Assembly: GCA_003670915.1 (NCBI GenBank)
Contig: QWQH01000017.1
Location: 7,845-71,844 of the forward strand
Direction: 5' to 3'
From: Planctomycetota bacterium
Lineage (GTDB): Bacteria > Planctomycetota > Planctomycetia > Pirellulales > UBA1268
Length of the DNA: 64,000 nt
Shown: positions 58,897-64,000 of the stretch, piece by piece
Layout: each line of letters opens with the position of its first letter
Numbering within the stretch: position 1 is the stretch's first letter
The notes under the pieces: generated by a model
Databases searched by the model: none
What the model saw: the letters and a program-made list of their open reading frames with translations, nothing else
What the model was told of the DNA's origin: nothing
Translations under genes and position numbers: made by a program

Positions 58897-60471
58897 ATGA
58901 CACAGCATTTTCGACAAGATTTTCGAACGTCTGGGTTGAGTGTGTTGCAACTTTCGCTGGCGGCGACGGGGTGTTTGCTCCATGTTTGTTGGGCTGCCTG
59001 CTGGGCCGAGGAATGGCCAAGGACGCACGATTCTGTGCGGTTGAATGGTGGCGTGGCTCTGGACAGCGTGCCATTCGAGAGCACTCCCGAGACGACAGCG
59101 GCCGAACTCCTGGCCAATCTGTCCGACCAGAGCATGCACGGTCCGGGCCCCAGAAAGCTTGGGGAGTTTGTTGAACTCGCCGAACGGAGCCATCCGAAAC
59201 TACGACTAGCCTTGGCTTCAATCGAAGCGGCCCGGGGCAAGGCTGTGCAATCGAGGCTGTATCCGAATCCGCTGGCCTATGCCGGCTCGCCGCAGGCAAC
59301 GGCTCCGGGATCTGGGGCTCAGAATGGCGGTGCTGGATCTTCGACTCAATATTTCACGCAGGTGTCACAAGACATCGTCACCGCTGGGAAATTACGGCTT
59401 TCGCAGCAGGCGGCCCTTCGGGAGGTGCAGCGAGCGGAATACGAATTGATTCGAGCGCGTTTTGATGTGTTACGCGAGGTGCGTCAAAGCTTTTACGCAT
59501 TGCTCGTCTCTCAACGGCGGGTTGAAATCTACAAACTTCTGCTCGGCATAGCCAAGCGTTCGTATGAGATCGGTCGGCAGCTGGCCGCAGCAGGCGAGGG
59601 CACAAAAGCCGACGTTCTTTTCTGGAGTATCGAACGCGACAGAGCCGAAGTGCGGCTCCTGAACGCCTCGGTTTATATCGAGACGGGGCGCCGGCAACTC
59701 GCTACAGCGATCGGTTTGCCAAGGGCCGATATCGGCACGATTGACGCAGATCTTCTTCAGAAACTCCCGTCATTCGATCTCAAGGCATTGCAGGAAGCCG
59801 TTGTGCGGAGCAATTCCAAACCGCAGGCAGCCGCTGCCGATATTGCTCGTACGCAGTGGTTGCTCGAACGGGCAGTTGTTCAGCCGATCCCGAACGTCAA
59901 CTTGATGGGAGGTTATCAACGCGAAATTGACTATCCACCGGCCAACCAAGGGCTGTTTCAGGTGACGGTGGCTGTGCCCCTCTTCGACCGAAATCAGGGA
60001 AACATTCGGTCTGCTCGCGCCGAGATCGCAACGTCGCGGGCAGCTCTGCGAGTGATTGAACTGGATTTGGCCACACAGACGGCTCAAGTGATTGCCGCCT
60101 ACCGAACCTCACAGCGGCTTGTCGAATGGTATGAGGAATACATCCTGCCAAAAGCCCGCGAAACCGTCCAGTTGACGCAGACGCTCTATTCCAGGGGTGA
60201 GGTAACGTTCCTGAGCCTCTTGCAGGCACAGCGTATCCTCACGGAGACAGAACTCGCATTCGTGGAATCCCAGGCCGATCGCTGGAATGGTGCGGTGACC
60301 ATCGCAGATTTACTCCAACTCGAAACGTTTCCGCTGCAGGCCGATGCGCCAGCCGTTTTCCAAAGCGATGAGAGAGGGAGGGGCGATGCTCCCAACCAAG
60401 GCGTTGCACCACCGGGTCGATTACCTGCTGCGATCCAGCCCGATCAAATCCAACCGCTGCCGCCGCCGTAA
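58897..60471 (+). CDS. TolC/CzcC family outer membrane efflux protein
   Basis: Signal peptide; P.LR....I.AARG....RLYPNP; VSQDIVTAGKL; VPLFDRNQGNI; Y..GE..FL.LLQAQR. Start uncertain. Confidence 0.9.
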   Translation: MTQHFRQDFRTSGLSVLQLSLAATGCLLHVCWAACWAEEWPRTHDSVRLNGGVALDSVPFESTPETTAAELLANLSDQSMHGPGPRKLGEFVELAERSHPKLRLALASIEAARGKAVQSRLYPNPLAYAGSPQATAPGSGAQNGGAGSSTQYFTQVSQDIVTAGKLRLSQQAALREVQRAEYELIRARFDVLREVRQSFYALLVSQRRVEIYKLLLGIAKRSYEIGRQLAAAGEGTKADVLFWSIERDRAEVRLLNASVYIETGRRQLATAIGLPRADIGTIDADLLQKLPSFDLKALQEAVVRSNSKPQAAAADIARTQWLLERAVVQPIPNVNLMGGYQREIDYPPANQGLFQVTVAVPLFDRNQGNIRSARAEIATSRAALRVIELDLATQTAQVIAAYRTSQRLVEWYEEYILPKARETVQLTQTLYSRGEVTFLSLLQAQRILTETELAFVESQADRWNGAVTIADLLQLETFPLQADAPAVFQSDERGRGDAPNQGVAPPGRLPAAIQPDQIQPLPPP

Positions 60472-60494
60472 ACGAATCGTATTTCAACAAGCGG

Positions 60495-61733
60495 CTATTG
60501 GCCGCGCACGATATCCAAGTCTAGATGGGCCTGCGTTGACATGCCGGCGAGCGTGTCGGTGACCACAAACTCGAGTTGGCAAGAACCAGCCGGGGCATCT
60601 GTGGGAATACGCAGAAAGTAACGGGCGAAGTAATCACGCCTCGGCGAACGGCAGGTTTCCTCGATGGGCTCAAAGCTCCACTGCCCCAGTCGAGCGCCAT
60701 CGGCGCCGACAAGTCGAAACACCGTGTCGATGCTGGTGCTGTGACCAGCAGTCGACTCGCGGGAGGAGAGTTCCTCGAGTTCAAAATAGACAATCAACTC
60801 CTGGCCAGGCTGAAACGTGTGCTGCTCAAAGGCATCGACTACACCCCAAGCCCGCACGCGAGACGCAAAGCATGGGTTGTGTACGGCCAGCGATGGTTGC
60901 GTGGCTGGCTCGATGAGTGCCGTTGGGATCCCCTTTGAGTGACGCTCCGGTAGAGCCACAGATCCTTCACCGATGGCTTCTATCGCAATGCGTTCGCCCT
61001 GCGGTTGGTGGCTGCTGGCAGCGGTAGCTGACGTCGCCATTGCAGCGTCAGCATCAGGCGAGGGCACTGGCTTTGCGGCCAGCACAATTTTTGTTTCGTC
61101 GGAAGCATGGGCTGGCGATGGCTCAGGCACAGCGAGTTGCGTTTCGGCGGGCTCGGGGAATTTGAGCGGCGTGGATGCGATGTCACCAGCGGTAAACGAT
61201 GCTACCGTGTTGACAGACTTCAAAACAGGTTGCTGTTTGGCATGAACTGCACGTGGGCGGTTGGCTTCAAGCGAGGCAGCAAACGCTTCAATCACAAACG
61301 GCCAGTCTTCCGCCCGCGTGCTCTCGAGGGTTGCCACAAGTGTTGCCTGTGCAACCGAATCGAATCCACCGACACCTGCAAGCCGACCAATCGCCTGATC
61401 CAAAGCGGCGTCTAACGACTGAGGGATGGGGTCTCGTACGGCGGCCTGTGTGTGGGCAGTTGTTTTATCAAGAGAAGATCGCGATGGGCGATCGGTGATG
61501 GTTTGCCCTGCTGTTTCGGGTGGCTCCTCTTTCTCTTCACAATCCTCAGGCAACTCGTTGCCATCTGTCGTACGCCCCACCGTGTCCCGAAGCGATTCTC
61601 GCAGGGCAGCAGTTGTGATCGCCGTCATACAGCCAGACTGCATCAGCACACTAACACACGCTAGCGCCCACCCGAGGACTGGCCACGGGATCGTTTTGGG
61701 AGCTTTTGACAAGCTGCGTCTGGGGGTGCCCAT
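60495..61733 (-). CDS. Hypothetical lipoprotein (helical region, P/A-rich linker, C-terminal beta domain)
   Basis: Hydrophobic signal ending QSGC (lipobox-like); C-terminal CFASRVRAWG..FQPGQELIVYFE..CRSPRRDYF. Confidence 0.75.
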   Translation of the reverse strand: MGTPRRSLSKAPKTIPWPVLGWALACVSVLMQSGCMTAITTAALRESLRDTVGRTTDGNELPEDCEEKEEPPETAGQTITDRPSRSSLDKTTAHTQAAVRDPIPQSLDAALDQAIGRLAGVGGFDSVAQATLVATLESTRAEDWPFVIEAFAASLEANRPRAVHAKQQPVLKSVNTVASFTAGDIASTPLKFPEPAETQLAVPEPSPAHASDETKIVLAAKPVPSPDADAAMATSATAASSHQPQGERIAIEAIGEGSVALPERHSKGIPTALIEPATQPSLAVHNPCFASRVRAWGVVDAFEQHTFQPGQELIVYFELEELSSRESTAGHSTSIDTVFRLVGADGARLGQWSFEPIEETCRSPRRDYFARYFLRIPTDAPAGSCQLEFVVTDTLAGMSTQAHLDLDIVRGQ

Positions 61734-62000
61734 CGGTGGTGTTGCTCTCAAGAAGTATGGGTGGCAAGGATGGCTGCCACTGACAATAGCTGGCCAACGC
61801 GATGGCTGCAGATACCTCTGCTGTGGCCGTGGTACAGGCCGGAAGAGTAGGGATTCCTGAAACTCTAGGGCAAGGGCAGTAGGTAGGTTTGGGGCTCGAA
61901 TTGGTAAGCAGGGCAGAATTTTTCCGGCAGGATTGGCAAGCTGGCTAGAATCGGCCCAGCGAATCGGGATCTGGATTGCTTACCTCCTTCATTCTCCCTC

Positions 62001-63014
62001 ATGTCCCACACACATTTTGAGCCTGAGACGGTGCCTCCCGGGTGGTCCCACCGGCACCTGCTGGATCTGGAGCGACTCTCGCCCGAAGAGATATGCTTGC
62101 TCCTTGATACGGCGAGTCGTTTTAAGGAGGCCACGGGGGGATGTCGGCAGAAACTCTCGGTGCTTGCGGGCCGCACAATTGTGAATTTGTTTTTTGAAAA
62201 CTCTACTCGCACGCGAACAAGTTTTTCGTTGGCTGCGAGGCGACTCGGGGCCGACGTTATCGATTTCTCTGCTTCTGGGAGCAGCCTGTCGAAGGGGGAA
62301 TCGTTCATCGATACTGCAAAGAACCTCGAAGCAATGGGAATCGATGCGGTAGTTGTGCGACATAGCACGCCAGGCACGCCCCACTTACTGGCTCAGCGGT
62401 TGGACGTTGGGGTGATCAATGCTGGCGACGGTCCGCACGAGCATCCCACACAGGGGTTACTCGATATTTTTTCGATCCGTGAGCGACTCGGTAACCTCAC
62501 CGGTATTACAGTGGGGCTTGTGGGTGACATCGCTCACAGTCGCACGGCAAGATCCAATCTCTGGGGCCTTATAAAACTTGGAGCAAAAGTCATTCTCTGT
62601 GGGCCGCCCACCCTCGTCTCGCCACGCTGGCGCGAACTTGGAGTGGAAGTATCGCACAACCTAGATGCGATTGTGCCTCGCTGTGATGTACTCAACTTGC
62701 TTCGCATTCAGTTTGAGCGACAAAATACGCGTCCTTTCCCATCGGTGCGAGAATATGCTTATCTGTATGCGATGAATAAAGAACGCCTCAAGCGAGCCAA
62801 GAAAGATCTCCTGATTCTCGCCCCAGGGCCGATCAATCGTGGCGTTGAAGTGACAGCCGATGTAGCCGACTGCCCGCAGTCGCTGATTCTTAATCAGGTG
62901 ACCAACGGTCTGGCTGTGCGCATGGGTGTGCTGTGGCTCACGTGTGGCCCACGAGGCCGCACAGGAGGAGTTGACGTGTCCAGCCGACCGTCCTCAGCAG
63001 GGAGGGTGGCCTGA
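62001..63014 (+). CDS. pyrB: Aspartate carbamoyltransferase catalytic subunit
   Basis: [53 protein letters not shown]. Confidence 0.97.
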   Translation: MSHTHFEPETVPPGWSHRHLLDLERLSPEEICLLLDTASRFKEATGGCRQKLSVLAGRTIVNLFFENSTRTRTSFSLAARRLGADVIDFSASGSSLSKGESFIDTAKNLEAMGIDAVVVRHSTPGTPHLLAQRLDVGVINAGDGPHEHPTQGLLDIFSIRERLGNLTGITVGLVGDIAHSRTARSNLWGLIKLGAKVILCGPPTLVSPRWRELGVEVSHNLDAIVPRCDVLNLLRIQFERQNTRPFPSVREYAYLYAMNKERLKRAKKDLLILAPGPINRGVEVTADVADCPQSLILNQVTNGLAVRMGVLWLTCGPRGRTGGVDVSSRPSSAGRVA

Positions 63015-64000
63015 TGCATCAAACGCTTCTTCTTCGCGGCGGACGCGTTGTCGATCCATCGCAGGGCATCGACCGCATTGACGACGTGCTCGTACGCGAT
63101 GGGCTTGTGGTTGCGATCGGCCCCGCCGAGACCGGAGCCGACGAGATGATCGATGCCACCGGACTCATTGTGGCACCAGGCCTCGTCGACATGCACGTGC
63201 ACCTGCGCGAACCTGGCCGCGAAGAGGATGAGACGATCGAAACGGGCACGCGTGCGGCGATCGCCGGAGGGTTCACGAGCGTTGCTTGCATTCCCAACAC
63301 TGAGCCCCCTGTCGACACCCAGGCCACCGTTGAGTTCATTCATCAGAAGGCCATGCGGGCTGATACGTGCAACGTTTTTGTGGTTGGCTGCGTGAGCCGC
63401 AATCGCGAGGGAAAAGAGCTTGCCGACATAGGCCAACTTGTGGAGGCGGGCGCCGTGGCCTTCAGCGACGACGGCGCGCCTGTGTACGACGCAGAATTGA
63501 TGCGTCGTGCGCTCGAATACTGCAGCATGTTCGACAAGCCAATTCTGGCACACGAGGAGGTTTTAGAGCTATCCCGTGGCGGTGTCATGAACGAAGGAAT
63601 CGTGTCGTTGCTGTTGGGTCTCGCGGGAATGCCAGCCTCAGCTGAGGATGTGATGATTGGCCGCGACACGGCGCTTGCCGAGTCGACGGGCGGTCGCCTG
63701 CACGTGATGCATGTCTCAACGGCCGGTGGAGTCGATTTGGTGCGTATGGCCAAGGCTCGGGGGGTGCGGGTGACTGCCGAGGCGTGTCCGCATCACTTCA
63801 CGCTCACCGATGAAGCACTGCGAGGCTTCGACTCCAATTACAAGATGAGTCCACCACTGCGAACGGCGGCGGATGTTGAGGCGATCATCGCAGGTATCGT
63901 AGACGGCACGATTGACTGCATCGCGACCGACCACGCCCCGCACGCACCTGAAAAGAAGATGCTCGAACTCGATCGTGCGCCCTTTGGCATTATGGGGCTG
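63014..64000 (+). CDS. pyrC: Dihydroorotase, runs off the window end
   Basis: Not in the ORF track. From ATG 63014 (TGATG overlap): PGLVDMHVHLREPG; AAIAGGFT; PNT; FSDDG; HVST; KMSPPLR; ATDHAPH. Confidence 0.95.
   Translation, partial: MHQTLLLRGGRVVDPSQGIDRIDDVLVRDGLVVAIGPAETGADEMIDATGLIVAPGLVDMHVHLREPGREEDETIETGTRAAIAGGFTSVACIPNTEPPVDTQATVEFIHQKAMRADTCNVFVVGCVSRNREGKELADIGQLVEAGAVAFSDDGAPVYDAELMRRALEYCSMFDKPILAHEEVLELSRGGVMNEGIVSLLLGLAGMPASAEDVMIGRDTALAESTGGRLHVMHVSTAGGVDLVRMAKARGVRVTAEACPHHFTLTDEALRGFDSNYKMSPPLRTAADVEAIIAGIVDGTIDCIATDHAPHAPEKKMLELDRAPFGIMGL

Noticed and set aside
61734..64000. pyrB without pyrI or a PyrR attenuator
   Set aside because: pyrB-pyrC pairing is a common arrangement, and no PyrR-type leader was recognisable.

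Overview
This is a 64-kb bacterial chromosome segment, almost certainly from a planctomycete and probably Pirellulales-like. That assignment is inferred from two DUF1592/DUF1552 pairs, a DUF1549-1553/DUF1501 pair, TIGR03009- and Minf_1886-like genes, and characteristic uL3/bL17 insertions. Order: partial ThuA-like gene; orphan parA; an exported protein with tape-measure-like helical repeats; rpmA-obgE-coaX-rsfS-argS; a divergent EF-G (EF-G2/mtEFG2-like); a DUF1592-DUF1552 cassette between fusA and rpsJ; the S10-spc-alpha ribosomal cluster (no rpsL/rpsG/tuf, rpmD or infA; many proteins have basic tails); DUF1549/1553-DUF1501; MATE; speA; nadE; ldhA; pckA; an SdpA/SdpB(HTTM)-like pair; a second DUF1592-DUF1552 pair; a PQQ-like beta-propeller; a MacB-type ABC transporter; TolC; a lipoprotein; pyrB and partial pyrC. 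I saw no rRNA, tRNA, CRISPR array or intact mobile element. The best leads are the tape-measure-like repeats at 3.3-4.1 kb, the substrate-less SdpAB/HTTM pair, the 414-aa extension on the first DUF1592 protein, a probable CTG-initiated MATE gene, and a structured S10 leader. Domain names come from motif recognition by eye, not from database searches.
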